The notes: generated by a model from the letters alone, not told the origin. A stretch of DNA of 64,000 bases from Phaeosaccion multiseriatum (GCA_965112735.1 CBCOSG010000001.1:160090-224089); one strand, 5' to 3'; counted from the stretch's first letter, positions 1 to 11,773 are shown. Numbers and translations: made by a program.

Positions 1-455
1 GTGCAATGTATGCAACGAGTCATCAAACTTTTTATACCTAGACCTAGAAAAGTCTCTTTGACCGTACGCTTTACTTCAGCGTACCGTGTTTTGTCACTGC
101 CGAAGTGAAAGCTTTGATTTTGGAGATCGCATTCCCCTCCTTGGTCACAAATAGGGCAATCTAGAGGGTGGTTTACTAGATTGAACTCTAAAACTGTTTC
201 TCGGGCTTTTCGTACCAAAGGACTATGAAGAAAAAATCGTCCGCCTCCTAAAATAGGGAAGGCACAACTCATCTGAGGTTTTGGACCTTGGCTAACTTCT
301 ACTAGACAGGAACGACAATTTCCCGCGATATTTAATAAGGGATGATAACAAAATCGAGGAAGTTCTATGCCTAAACTACTACATGCTTGTAATACTGAGG
401 AAAATTCTTCAACAAAAACAAGCTGATGGTTGATAAATATTTTTTTAGTGGTCAT
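1..455 (-). CDS. nad11: NADH dehydrogenase subunit 11, 5' part (truncated by window edge)
   Basis: Reverse complement of 40969-41423. Confidence 0.92.
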   Translation of the reverse strand, partial: MTTKKIFINHQLVFVEEFSSVLQACSSLGIELPRFCYHPLLNIAGNCRSCLVEVSQGPKPQMSCAFPILGGGRFFLHSPLVRKARETVLEFNLVNHPLDCPICDQGGECDLQNQSFHFGSDKTRYAEVKRTVKETFLGLGIKSLMTRCIHC

Positions 456-638
456 AGGAAGTATAAATTTTCTCTATTTTGACTTGGGAGGTATTCTTTC
501 TCTTTTTGCTTACTTTCCCAAGGTTTTTTACCCCTACCTGATTCAGACGAATGGCTTCCATATTAGGTTATAAATACCTATGGTATAATTTCATACAAAT
601 ATCAGTACGATCTTGGTTTCTACTTTTTTACAAGTATT

Positions 639-709
639 AGACCGGAGGGAAAGTCGAATTCCCATAATTGGATTTGCAATCCAAGGCATTGCCCTTATGC
701 TATCCGGTC
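639..709 (-). tRNA. trnC: tRNA-Cys(GCA)
   Basis: Cloverleaf; repeat copy of 40715-40785. Confidence 0.85.
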
Positions 710-808
710 TCCCATCGCATTCACTAAAATTACCAAAATATGTGATGCAAGAGATACCTTGAGGTTTTCTATTAGGCTCCTGAAGTTCGTAGGCAAATAC
801 CTAAGTAT

Positions 809-882
809 TCGGGAAAATGTGATTTGAACACATGACCTTCTGTTCCCAAAACAGATGCGCTACCAAGCTGCGCCATTTCCCG
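809..882 (-). tRNA. trnP: tRNA-Pro(TGG)
   Basis: Cloverleaf; repeat copy of 40542-40615. Confidence 0.92.
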
Positions 883-905
883 ACTGGGCTTCGAACATCA
901 GATAC

Positions 906-1058
906 TTAACGGGGAAGATCCTTAAAAATCTTGCGTAATTTTAAAGAGGCACTAAGACTGGGCAGGTAGTAGAAAACAAAGAAAAAATAAAATCCAAAAA
1001 AACACAAACCCAAATTAAGAATTTGAGTAAAAAAGGTGATTTGATCAAATTGTGGCAT
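906..1058 (-). CDS. atp8: ATP synthase subunit 8 (50 aa)
   Basis: Hand translation begins MPQFDQITFF, followed by one TM helix and LKLRK; below the ORF track cutoff. Confidence 0.9.
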   Translation of the reverse strand: MPQFDQITFFTQILNLGLCFFGFYFFFVFYYLPSLSASLKLRKIFKDLPR

Positions 1059-1494
1059 GGTTCTTCCTAAATATCACGAAGTCCGTATTTGCTCCTCTGA
1101 AACAAATCTAGGTTCTATAAATTACTGTTTGCTTCTTTTTTCCTTATTTTTTCCCTCACAAGAGAAGTGGAGTGGGGTGTAGCTAATTTAATATATATTT
1201 TTTGGTCTTCATCTTAAATCCCAGAAAGTCAGGAAACAGGATATTGCGGGCAAAGGTAGAACTTATACCTACGACTTTTAGATCATGAGCCTAACAAGCT
1301 GGCCAAGTGCTTTAGTCCACCAGTATATGAAAAAACTACGTGAATCTTAGATTTAAAAAACTTCACAAATCAAACTACCTCCACTGCCTAAGCTTCGCGC
1401 AGTAGACTCACTTATAATTCTATAGCTTAATAGCGTAGAACACAAGATAATTTACTTAGGATTATTCTACTTTTCTAGTATTGTAATCTACCCA

Positions 1495-2337
1495 TTAAGG
1501 TTTTTCGATTGTATCCTCTAGTTGGGCTCTATACTCTTCTCCTACATAATCAAGAACGGTATTATAGTCCTGAAGGAACCAATTTACTGCCCCTACATCT
1601 ACTTTCCCGGACGCCGTCTTCAATAGCTCTGAGGGGACTCCTCTTCTCTCGAGGAATCGGAATTTTGTGACACTTTCGTGAGTGTCCGCAGTGAAGTTAG
1701 CAAACGTCGAAGAAAATAAGTTTTGCATCGACGACCTCCCGTCTGGGCCATAAAGGTACTTTCCGATCCCCACGTCGACAAGTAGGCCCCCTATAATGAA
1801 AATTCCGGCCCTCTTTAAGTGTTCCACAGTTAGCTCCCACACTAACCTCTTTTTCGTGAACCCTCTCTCATAGAGTACACGGGGGTCCAAAAAACATTCA
1901 TTAAAAAGCCGCCGCGTTGCCCGCAGATATCCTGGCAAGAAGTAAATGGACATTAATACGAAAATTACACCTACAAAGTAGGCCATATTTGAATACTGCC
2001 GCGGCAGAAGAATCCCCAATACAAAAGACCAATACAGATATGTCTGAAGTTTGCCAAAGATTGGATGGGTAAGACTGTCCGCGTAAAGAGAGACTACATA
2101 AAGGCCCTCTTTAGACCGAGTTTTGGCATTTTCAAATTTTAGTATCATCGACCATTTTTGATATTGAAACACCCAAACCACACAAAGACTCGCTTTAAAA
2201 ATGAACGAGGCCGAATTTGGGTACATATACGGTAGCGGCAGTAAAAGAGTTTGAATTCCTAAAGTCAAAATGAAAGCAGGGCTTAAAATTTTAAACCAAG
2301 ATTTTGCAGGAGAATTGACTAAAAACTGCAAGTACAA
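1495..2337 (-). CDS. Orphan membrane protein ORF280 (repeat copy)
   Basis: Identical to 39087-39929; paralog of 44604-45462. Confidence 0.8.
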   Translation of the reverse strand: MYLQFLVNSPAKSWFKILSPAFILTLGIQTLLLPLPYMYPNSASFIFKASLCVVWVFQYQKWSMILKFENAKTRSKEGLYVVSLYADSLTHPIFGKLQTYLYWSFVLGILLPRQYSNMAYFVGVIFVLMSIYFLPGYLRATRRLFNECFLDPRVLYERGFTKKRLVWELTVEHLKRAGIFIIGGLLVDVGIGKYLYGPDGRSSMQNLFSSTFANFTADTHESVTKFRFLERRGVPSELLKTASGKVDVGAVNWFLQDYNTVLDYVGEEYRAQLEDTIEKP

Positions 2338-2578
2338 GTAGAGAGCTCATTAGTTTAATTTTTTATCAAATTAAAGAAGTTCATTAGTACACAAAACCAA
2401 AAAAAAATAAGCATACTCACCAAGAGCTTCAAAATCTCAGTGATGCTGATGCCTAAAAAATACCAAAACCCTATATTGTGTTTTAAGACTGACATAGGTT
2501 CCAGAAGCTTATGTTTCACCTTTATAAAGAAAACTTTCATTCTTAAATTCTATACCGCCTGAGGTTCAAGACCTTATT

Positions 2579-2747
2579 TCTTTGAATTCAGCCGCAGATT
2601 CCTCTACGACTACCTTGTTACGACTTCATCTCAGTTACCAAGCCTACTTTCAAATCCAAGAGAATAGACAAAGCATTTCATTGACATTCTTCGAGCAAGC
2701 CCGGCTTCCAACATGTGACGGGCGGTTTGTACAGAGCCTAGGTACAG

Positions 2748-2780
<33 letters not shown>

Positions 2781-4089
2781 TGATTCCGCCTTCGTGAAGC
2801 CGAGTTGCAGGCCTCAGTCTGAACCAAAGAAAGTGTTCAAGTTTGGCAAAGACTGATTTTATCTTTCCTACTCATTGTCCTTTCCATTGTAGCACGTGTG
2901 TAGCCCAGTTCATAAGGACCATAAGGACTTGTCTTCATCCTCGCCTTCCTCTTAAACCGTAGTCTAAGCAGTATGTGGAGTATGGACAAAGTTGGACTCA
3001 CCAATTAAAACTTTGGTAAGAGCTTTATCTGCCACAAGAGGGTTGCGTCCGTTATAAGAGTGAACTTAACATCCTAAGACACGGACTGACGACAGCCATG
3101 CAATACCTGTACTTCCTGTCTTTGGTCTTATCTCCGAGGCCGAAAAGGGAAAGAAGTATTCCAGAACTGGTAAGGTTTGGCGCGTAGCATCGCATTAAAC
3201 CACATGCTCCACCACTTGTATAAGCCCCCGCCAATTCCTTTGAATTTCAGATCTGAATGCTGTACTTCTCAGGCGCAGCCTTAGCCTTAGCAGGGAAGAT
3301 GCTTAAACTTCTCAGTCTAAACAGCTAGGCTGATATTTTAGGGTGTGGACTACCAGGGGGTCAAGTCCTGTTTGCTCCCCACACTTTAGTCCCTGAAGGT
3401 CAGTGCGAATCTAGATAACCGCCTTCGCCTCTGGTATTCCCACTTATGTCTACGGATTTTATCCCTAAATAAGTGATTCTGTTATCTTCTCTTCGACTCT
3501 AGCATCCCGGTTTTGTCAAAAGTCATACCCTTGGGGGGTAGAATTTATCTTACGATCTAGGAAAATGCCCTCTACGAACCCTTTATGCCCAATCATTCTG
3601 GATAAGGCTTGCCCCCCTCGTATTACCGCGACTGCTGGCACGAGAATTGGCCGGGACTACCCCTGTGAATGGCGTCTGAATCTTTCCACGGGAGAGGGGT
3701 TTACAACCAGTTTAGCCTTCTTCCCCTTGGAATATTGCTGGATCAAGCTTCCGCTCATTGTCCAAGATTCCTCACTGCTGGCCCCTTACAGGGGCTTGGA
3801 CCTTGTCTCAGTTCCAATGTGGCTGGTCGACCTCACAGACCAACTAAGGATCTTTGAATAGGAAGGCTGTCATCCTTCCTACTTCCTTAATCCTTCGAGG
3901 ATTCTTCCTTTCTTTTTTGTCTAAATTAGGCAAAAGTGGGGAAGACTCCCTACTTACTTTCTTCAGAAAGGGCAGATTTCCAAGTATTACTCACCCGTTC
4001 GCGCTTTCTTCTTCTAAGAGAAGGCAACACTCGCATGTGTTAGGCATACTCCTAGCCTTCATCCTGAGCCAGGATCAAACTCAAGTCTT
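2579..4089 (-). rRNA. rns: Small subunit rRNA (repeat copy; ends approximate)
   Basis: Conserved SSU motifs on the minus strand. Confidence 0.95.
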
Positions 4090-6132
4090 TGATCTTTTTT
4101 ATTTCCAAGAAATAAACAAGGGGGATGTGGTCTATAAAGCTTTATTTTAATTTTATGATTTAGATTCTTGTGGATAAATAAATTTCCCGGTTCCCGGACC
4201 AGCCAGTATGTAGGGCCCATTTGCAAATTACACTCCAGATCCTACAGGGTTGGGGTTTCGTGCTAAAGATGGGACTCGCATTTGGTAGCCCTCTCATATG
4301 AGAAAACACAATCTAATGTAAGGAACAGGTTTTTTCGAGCACTTACAGAGTTTTGGTTCAGTACAAAGGATTGGTTTAATTACGAGAGCAGACTTTTGGC
4401 TTTTTTAAGTGTACCTCTTTTTTTCCTCTTTTTTGTTCGGGTCTGTTCCCTAAAAACTTAATCAAAAAGAAAAGATTGATTAAAGATGTCCATCAATGAG
4501 TTTGTTAACTCATTTCTATTAGACGGAAAGAGCAATTTTTCCTCATATTTAACTAAGAGATCATAACCAAATCAAGGAAATTTTATACTTTAACTAGCGC
4601 ATGATTGGGATGCTGAGTCTAGTTACCAAAGTCTCAGCTGCCTAATAACCAACATTATAGCCTCCATTTGAGATGAAGTAAAGTGCTTTATACTTTTAGA
4701 ACTAATAAACTTTATTTTATGGAACCGATAGAAAAGGTTCTCTTATATCTTTGGTCCAGAGAATAAACCTTCCGTCCACTAAATGTTTCACTGTCAATCT
4801 AACCTTCTCTTCGGTGCCTTTTAAAAAATATTTAGTCTCTAGGCGTAAAATGGGGTTAAGGCTCAATGAAAATCAAACACTGCAAAGGATTTTTTAAACA
4901 ATCGGTTTCTAATTGACGAAAGACATAGTTTTCTTTCTCAATCTTTGGTCTTCCACACTTCTATTTATCTCAATTTCGACCAAGTCTGCTATCTTAAGAG
5001 TCCCCTCTTTCTTAACTAGACTTCACTCCAAGTCTGACTTGATTCTATGGTGTGGTCTAAGTCTTGCAGGCAATCTTATTCTACTAATTTAGGGAAAATT
5101 ATTATTTCTCAAGTATCTTTAGGGGTTAAATTAAGCTAAGCTTCGGCCAGAAGCTGACTAACTAAGAAAAGACTTGAGCTTACAAAAAAAGAACAGACCA
5201 AATAGTTCTAAACTGTGTTGATGAAATACTTTGTTTATTTTCCTGTATTTGATGAAAACTTAAAAGAACTTTAGCTTGTCTATTGGTAAAGCTTTATTTA
5301 TCCGCATTTGAGTGACGGTTTTAAGGGCTGTAAAAAGCTTAAATAAGGGGTCAAAACTTGAGTTAGAGTAGATTAATGCTAAAACTTAATAAGTGAGGCA
5401 TTTTGATCAAATAAGTCCTTCCTATCCTTGCATTAGGCTTCTGGGTGATAATACAATAGGTCAGTAGGAATCAAGAAGTACACCAATATACTTAAACTTT
5501 GGCAAGACTAACAAACATAGTTTTTATTTTTTTTTAGGATCGTGTAGATCAAAAAATTAGGTTTTTTAGTAAAGAATTAAAGTTTTGAAGCTTTTGTACT
5601 TTCGGTGTCTATTTTGCATCGAAGTCGACTTTTGGTTTCTATGGGAACAGTTTGTTGATCAAAAGCTCTCCTGTCTTTTCTCCTTAAATTTAGCCTGTAA
5701 ATCGACGAAACTGACAAAGACATTTTAATTCATCTTTTGATTTTATATAGAAAGCTTAAATAGAATTTTCTTCTTGGCTGTGGACAAGCCTTCTGAAGCC
5801 AAATATCTGCCTTTGTGCTTGTAGTGGGAAGAATCTTTCTAATCGATATGTTTTGTCTTATATTTAAAGCGTTTTAGCCACCCAGACAAGGGAATTCTAG
5901 AATAGATTTTTTTTGTGGTATTCATTTTTTTTATTATCAACGGACAACCAAAACTTTCTTTAATTTTTTAGATCAAAGACTTTTCTCAGAACTTTTGTTT
6001 TAGTTTCCCGCCAAAACTTTTTTTTTCTTTGTTCAAAAGCAAAAACTGGGTTGTCACCAAAGGAAAGACGAGAACTGAAATCCAAAAATACCCATGCAAC
6101 AATGACAAAAAGACAGAAAAAAACCTACACAC

Positions 6133-6214
6133 AGGAGGGGATAGGATTCGAACCTATGAAGGAAGTTCCATCAGATTTACAGTCTGACACCATTAACCAC
6201 TCGGTCACCTCTCC
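6133..6214 (-). tRNA. trnY: tRNA-Tyr(GTA)
   Basis: Cloverleaf with long variable arm. Confidence 0.92.
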
Positions 6215-6222
6215 TTTAAACT

Positions 6223-6296
6223 TAGATTTGGTAAGACTTGAACTTACATCCCTCGGGACCGAAATCCGACACTCTATCCAATTGAGCTACAAATCT
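6223..6296 (-). tRNA. trnR: tRNA-Arg(TCG)
   Basis: Cloverleaf; anticodon loop TTTCGGT. Confidence 0.88.
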
Positions 6297-6298
6297 GG

Positions 6299-6399
6299 GG
6301 GGCCTCTAGGTGGAAATCACAACACAACATAGTGTATTGTAGTTTCCTCCTAAATGCCACGGACTCTTTTCAGGCAGGCATCACCTGTTTTGTGGCCCC
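6299..6399 (-). ncRNA. Candidate permuted 5S rRNA (repeat copy)
   Basis: Same sequence as 35025-35125. Confidence 0.45.
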
Positions 6400-6563
6400 T
6401 ATAAAGGGGCCAATACAGAACAACATGGCTTTTATAAAGTCTTACTTATAATATTTACAATTAGTCATCTACCTATGAAAACTATGAAAATGGCCACATG
6501 AAGAGCCGTAGAACTAAGTTTATCTCTAAAATCAGGACTACCAACTTACTAAGATGTTATGAA

Positions 6564-7001
6564 CTACCAAAAACTACTTTTGAATTGCCACCAGATGTGA
6601 ATTTTAGGTTGGTTATAGACCATGGAATACAATGACGCAAAATTCAAAAGGCTTTTCTCAGAAGGTAGACTTAAACGAGATTCAATTTTAGTTTCCACCT
6701 GAGGAAGAATATCCACCTGCATAAGTACCCAAAATCCGTAGCCCTCCTTTTTGTTAACCCAACCTCCTAAATGACATCTACCTGGATTAACGGATCTAGG
6801 ACCCAAAATCTTCGGCTTAGTTCCATGCACCACATCCATAAATACCAATGAACAAAGGCTAGGCGAGTTTTCTCCGCAAGGGCTCCCTCCTACAAGCCTA
6901 GGTAAAGGAAGGTGAGTGTTTTTCTTATTTACACTAGCTAGGTCAATACTCTGGGTCAATAATTGGCAGTGAACGTCTTTTCTTAAAGAAATCAATTGCA
7001 T
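6564..7001 (-). CDS. rpl5: Divergent ribosomal protein L5
   Basis: Directly downstream of rpl14 with a TAATG overlap; size fits, sequence is divergent. Confidence 0.6.
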   Translation of the reverse strand: MQLISLRKDVHCQLLTQSIDLASVNKKNTHLPLPRLVGGSPCGENSPSLCSLVFMDVVHGTKPKILGPRSVNPGRCHLGGWVNKKEGYGFWVLMQVDILPQVETKIESRLSLPSEKSLLNFASLYSMVYNQPKIHIWWQFKSSFW

Positions 7002-7381
7002 TACACCCATATAGGAGCCATACTGGCCACCTTCATAAATTTACGCTTTCTTAGTTCTATTGGAAGTGGATAAAACACTCTACTACCTAGTACTTTCTGA
7101 TTTTTGGTAAAGCACAGTACCCGATTGTGACCAAAACGCAGGTTCAATCCATTTTTACGTCTTTGAATAGCACGAGTGTGTAAAATAAATCCTCGAAGTT
7201 TATCTCCCTTCCGTAAGCCATAACGCTGAGTAGCCTTTGACTTGAGTCGGCGAATTGACACAAGAAGATCTTGACCGAATTTAGCTTGACCTCCTCGTGG
7301 ATAAGGTTTTATTTTGATACTTCGAAGCCTTTGGACCCCGGAATTATCTCCGAGGCGAAACATGGTTTGGGTTTGAATCAT
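7001..7381 (-). CDS. rpl14: Ribosomal protein L14
   Basis: MIQ..T..R..DNSG and GSRVF motifs. Confidence 0.95.
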   Translation of the reverse strand: MIQTQTMFRLGDNSGVQRLRSIKIKPYPRGGQAKFGQDLLVSIRRLKSKATQRYGLRKGDKLRGFILHTRAIQRRKNGLNLRFGHNRVLCFTKNQKVLGSRVFYPLPIELRKRKFMKVASMAPIWV

Positions 7382-7479
7382 AAGGTTTTTGTTTTATTTA
7401 AGCAGTAGGCAGATTGGGAAACATAAGCTCTTACTAGTCCTTCTTCTTTAGTAAAATTTATAAAAAGTCTACAGGACTC

Positions 7480-8010
7480 TTACTCTTTCCTCTCCCGTGG
7501 AGGGTCAATGTAGAAGCATACAGCCAACAATCCCAAGATACCCAAAGCCCCAAGATAGGGTTCATAGGGGTACATCTCCGAGATTGGTATGAGGTGGTAG
7601 ACATGAGAAAATTGCTTGCATCCATAATAGGCGCAAACCTCTCCAAATAAGTACACTAAAATATAGTGTGTGAACCAAAAGAGGGAAAATGTTACTTTGG
7701 AAAGGGGGCTTAATCCCTGAAACTTTCCAAAGTTTACTGTTACCCCGGAATCTTGTTTGACCCTGTGGTCAAAAAAGAAGAGTCCTATAGCGCAAAGCAC
7801 GATAAGACCGGTAACTCCCCCGATTATCGGCGAGGGAAAACTTTTCTTTCCCTTTAAAAAGTTTAGTAAGGATCCCACTTCAAGAAGGGATGATAATACT
7901 GCCATCGTAAATAGAATACAAGTGAAATAAGCAAAAAGGAATAGGTCCACCTTTTCTAAGAAGCTTCTATTCTTAAAGAAGGGTCTAATAAATTTTTTTT
8001 TAGTGCCCAT
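7480..8010 (-). CDS. Orphan membrane protein ORF176 (repeat copy)
   Basis: About 4 TM segments; paralog of 10550-11122. Confidence 0.8.
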   Translation of the reverse strand: MGTKKKFIRPFFKNRSFLEKVDLFLFAYFTCILFTMAVLSSLLEVGSLLNFLKGKKSFPSPIIGGVTGLIVLCAIGLFFFDHRVKQDSGVTVNFGKFQGLSPLSKVTFSLFWFTHYILVYLFGEVCAYYGCKQFSHVYHLIPISEMYPYEPYLGALGILGLLAVCFYIDPPRERKE

Positions 8011-8145
8011 AGGACGTATAAATTTTCTCTATTTTGACTCGGGAGGTATTCTTTTTCTTTTTGCTTACTTTCCCTATTTACTTTCGTAATTGAATGATTT
8101 GAACAGTACGCTAAATCGCGTAAAGGTTCTCATTATTAATTTAAC

Positions 8146-8241
8146 CTATCTTAGATTTTTATCAAGCAGTTGATTTTGCAAGTAAGAACTTAAACCGAAA
8201 CCTAGCAGAACTACCACAAAGTAAGCAATTAGTAAAAAAGG
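8146..8241 (-). pseudogene. cob: cob 3' fragment captured in the inverted repeat
   Basis: Reverse complement of 33182-33277. Confidence 0.85.
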
Positions 8242-8270
8242 TAACAAAAATGAATAAAACAAAATACTTC

Positions 8271-10004
8271 TTAATAAAAGTGGTGTAGACTGCATTGAAT
8301 GCTAAATTCCATAGGACTAAGAAACCAAGAGGGCTGAACACCCATCATTAGACTACATAGAATAAGACTACACAGTATTACAAAATCCAGAGGACTCAAA
8401 TCATGAAATTCAGTCATATGATGAGTATTCAAATTCCCATAACACATACGATTGGCTAACCAAAGAGCATAGATAGCACTGAACACCATACCACTGCCTC
8501 CTAGTAAACAGCCAAGAGTATTTACGTGAAAAATACCAATTAAGAGAAGGAACTCCCCTACGAAACTACTGGTTCCTGGTAAACCCATGTTTGCCAAGCT
8601 AAAAAAAAGGAAACAGATTACAAAAAGAGGCATCACTTGAACCAAACCTCCATAATAAGGTAGAAGGCGGTTGTGATAACGATCATAAACCACTCCAACA
8701 CAAAGGAATAGGCCTGAAGATACTAAACCATGACTCAAACTTTGTAATAAAGCTCCTTGAATACCGGAGGTTGTAAAACTAAACATTCCTAATACTACCA
8801 AGTTCATATGAGCTACAGAGGTATAAGCAATAATACGCTTTAGATCTACCTGTCGAATGGCTGTAAGAGAAGTATACACAACCCCTACAATTGCTAAACT
8901 GGATAAAAAGGGGCTAAAGTATAAGCTGGCCCATGGGAAAAGACCCAGAGAAAAACGTAAGAACCCGTAAGTTCCCAACTTTAATAAAATTCCTGCCAAA
9001 AGTACTGAAGCCGTAGTAGGGGCTTCTACATGAGCCTCAGGTAGCCAAACGTGGAAAGGTAACATCGGCAATTTGGAAGCAAAAGATAAAAAGAAACCTA
9101 ACCAAAGGTAGTATTCCTCTGTTTTAGTCCAATTCAGATTCATAAGACTGATGTAATCTGTACTTCCGCATTCTACATACATGTAGAAAATGCTTAAAAG
9201 CATTGCCAACGAACCTCCGAGGGTATAAAAAAAGAACAACGTGGACGCGTAAATCCGTCTTTTACTTGATCCCCAGGACCCCATAACAAAGTACATGGGA
9301 ATAAGAATTCCCTCAAAACAGATGTAAAAAACCATTAAATCAAGTGTGCAAAACACAGCTAAAAGAAGAATTTCCATAATTAAGAAACAAATAAGGTATG
9401 ATCTTATATTTCGATTTATACTTCCCCAAGCTGAAAGAGTACATAAAAAGAAAAGAAAAGTGGTTAAAAGAAAAAGGAAAACAGATAAACCATCTACACC
9501 CCAATCTTGAGTTAAACCCAAACTATAGAACCAAGACCATTGATAGCCCCATTGAAAATGTTGAGTAAAAGAAGAGAAGTAAGTCCAAAGGTAAAAAGAA
9601 TACACAAAAGCTCCGCTTGCGATACTTAAGCATATCTGCTTGCATAAAGATTCCTGACAAGAAGGCAAGACACAAAGAAGTGACACACCACCGATCACCC
9701 CTAAGAAAAGGTTTTCTAAGCCGGGAGAAGAACACAAAAGAAGAAAAATAAAACTTATAAGACCGAGCAAGCTGGGTTTAGGAAGATAAAAACTAAGAAG
9801 CGTTCCAAGACTACAAATTCCAAGAAAGTAACCGTATTCTCCTCCATAAAACCAAGTTAGCCCAACAATATGTAAACTACCCAAAAGGACTTGAACATAA
9901 ACTTTTGACTGATTCAAAAAATAAGGCAAAGAAATCTGGAGAAAGACAGGATGCAAAAGAAAAACACTAGCGTAAGATAAAATAAAGCTCATGGCCTTTT
10001 TCAA
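8271..10004 (-). CDS. nad4: NADH dehydrogenase subunit 4 with a ~95-aa hydrophobic N-terminal extension
   Basis: HVWLPEAHVEAPT and DLKRIIAYTSVAHM motifs. Confidence 0.95.
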   Translation of the reverse strand: MKKAMSFILSYASVFLLHPVFLQISLPYFLNQSKVYVQVLLGSLHIVGLTWFYGGEYGYFLGICSLGTLLSFYLPKPSLLGLISFIFLLLCSSPGLENLFLGVIGGVSLLCVLPSCQESLCKQICLSIASGAFVYSFYLWTYFSSFTQHFQWGYQWSWFYSLGLTQDWGVDGLSVFLFLLTTFLFFLCTLSAWGSINRNIRSYLICFLIMEILLLAVFCTLDLMVFYICFEGILIPMYFVMGSWGSSKRRIYASTLFFFYTLGGSLAMLLSIFYMYVECGSTDYISLMNLNWTKTEEYYLWLGFFLSFASKLPMLPFHVWLPEAHVEAPTTASVLLAGILLKLGTYGFLRFSLGLFPWASLYFSPFLSSLAIVGVVYTSLTAIRQVDLKRIIAYTSVAHMNLVVLGMFSFTTSGIQGALLQSLSHGLVSSGLFLCVGVVYDRYHNRLLPYYGGLVQVMPLFVICFLFFSLANMGLPGTSSFVGEFLLLIGIFHVNTLGCLLGGSGMVFSAIYALWLANRMCYGNLNTHHMTEFHDLSPLDFVILCSLILCSLMMGVQPSWFLSPMEFSIQCSLHHFY

Positions 10005-10097
10005 AACTTCGTATGTCCAATTATACTTATTTGTATGATTTTATAAATTCGAATCTTTTCCTTTTTTAAGTCTAGTTTATAAAAATTAATAAAAGCT

Positions 10098-10169
10098 CTC
10101 CCCAAACTGGATTCGAACCAATGACCTAATGGTTAACAGCCATTCGCTCTACCTCTGAGCTACTGAGGA
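10098..10169 (-). tRNA. trnN: tRNA-Asn(GTT)
   Basis: Cloverleaf. Confidence 0.92.
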
Positions 10170-10221
10170 CGAGGACGAAGTCCTTAGTTATAACCTGAAG
10201 GTTTAATCTTGCTATATAAAT

Positions 10222-10506
<285 letters not shown>

Positions 10507-10549
10507 TTATATGAGCCCCTCTTAACAAATGTAAAAGTCCATAGGGGTC

Positions 10550-11122
10550 TTATTCTTTTCTTTTGCGTGGAGGGTCAAGGTATAACCAGAGAATGAACAA
10601 TCCCAATATACCCAAAGACCCAAGATAGGGTTCATATGGGTACGTCTCCGAGATTGGTATGAGGTGGTAGTGCTGACAAGAGTATTTGTACGCATAATAG
10701 GCACAAGTCCCTCCAAATATGCACACTAAAATATAGTGTGCGAACCAAAACAGGGTAAACTTTATCTTGGAAAGGGGGCTTAATCCCTGAAACTTCCCAA
10801 AGTTTTCTGTTACTCCGGGATCTTCTTTGACCTCCCATTCAAGAATATAGAATGCAAAACCGAAAAGTATGAGAATAGCGATAACCCCTGGGGTTATCCC
10901 CGAGGTAAAACGTGTGTCCCCATGTAAAAATAAATCCAACATTAATACCTCAAGAAGGGAGGATAATCCTACCAGCCCAAATAGAACAATGTTGAAAAGT
11001 CTGAAAAAGAACAGGTCGACCTTCTCCAAGAAGGTACGATTTTCATATCGGGGAAAAATGTAAACTGTTTTTTTTTTTATATTTTCAGGACCTCTGATTT
11101 TTTTTCTTAATTTTTGTTCCAT
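10550..11122 (-). CDS. Orphan membrane protein ORF190
   Basis: Aligns along its length with ORF176 (FLEKVDLF, NFGKFQGLSPLSK, YPYEPYLG, DPPR.RKE). Confidence 0.8.
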   Translation of the reverse strand: MEQKLRKKIRGPENIKKKTVYIFPRYENRTFLEKVDLFFFRLFNIVLFGLVGLSSLLEVLMLDLFLHGDTRFTSGITPGVIAILILFGFAFYILEWEVKEDPGVTENFGKFQGLSPLSKIKFTLFWFAHYILVCIFGGTCAYYAYKYSCQHYHLIPISETYPYEPYLGSLGILGLFILWLYLDPPRKRKE

Positions 11123-11132
11123 AGTAGTTCAA

Positions 11133-11417
11133 TTACCATGACGATTTAGTCATACCAAAAAGTAAGCCAGCCTTATAAAACCTCCGAAAACTTAAACGAG
11201 ACAAACGGTGGGAGCGCAGCACACTTCTACTGCGTCCTGTATCCAAACACCGTCGATTTAGACGTACCAAACTGCCAGAAAATTTTTTTTCCTGTAGCCA
11301 CCAAGTCCGGTGACTTTTTAACAAGGTCTTTGTTAACTTAAATTGAACTCTTCGGTTTATTTGACTTTCTGCTTCCTTTCGATGCTTTTGATCTCTGCGT
11401 ACCCAAGCTTTTACCAT
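11133..11417 (-). CDS. rps14: Ribosomal protein S14
   Basis: RCLDTGRSR..LSRLSFR..GMTKSSW; the ATG overlaps the nad3 stop. Confidence 0.95.
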   Translation of the reverse strand: MVKAWVRRDQKHRKEAESQINRRVQFKLTKTLLKSHRTWWLQEKKFSGSLVRLNRRCLDTGRSRSVLRSHRLSRLSFRRFYKAGLLFGMTKSSW

Positions 11418-11773
11418 TCTAAACTTCCGATTTTCCAAGCGTACACAAAACCTAAGCAAAGTTCAAGAATAAAATCAATACCGGCCCAAAATCCTACATA
11501 AGTCATTTGACTTAAACTTACCCCCCAAGGAAATAAAAAGATAGCTTCCACATCAAAAATTAAAAAGAGGATGGCTACCAGATAGAAACGAACATCAAAA
11601 GCGTTACGAGCATCTTCGTAAGGATCAAACCCACACTCGTAAGTGGAAAGTTTTTCAGTATCACCGGCACTGGTGCTTAAAAGGTAAGATAAACCAAAAA
11701 TTAAACTAGACACGCCAAAACTTAACAACAAGAGTATAAGAATACCATAATAATCTTGAAAAAATAAGGACAT
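11411..11773 (-). CDS. nad3: NADH dehydrogenase subunit 3
   Basis: EKLSTYECGFDP and FLIFDVE motifs. Confidence 0.98.
   Translation of the reverse strand: MSLFFQDYYGILILLLLSFGVSSLIFGLSYLLSTSAGDTEKLSTYECGFDPYEDARNAFDVRFYLVAILFLIFDVEAIFLFPWGVSLSQMTYVGFWAGIDFILELCLGFVYAWKIGSLEW

Larger units (their letters stand above)
1..8241 (-). repeat. Inverted repeat, left arm (partial; runs off the window start)
   Basis: Position x matches the complement of about 41424-x. Identity ends at 8241/33182, inside the cob 3' end. Confidence 0.97.
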
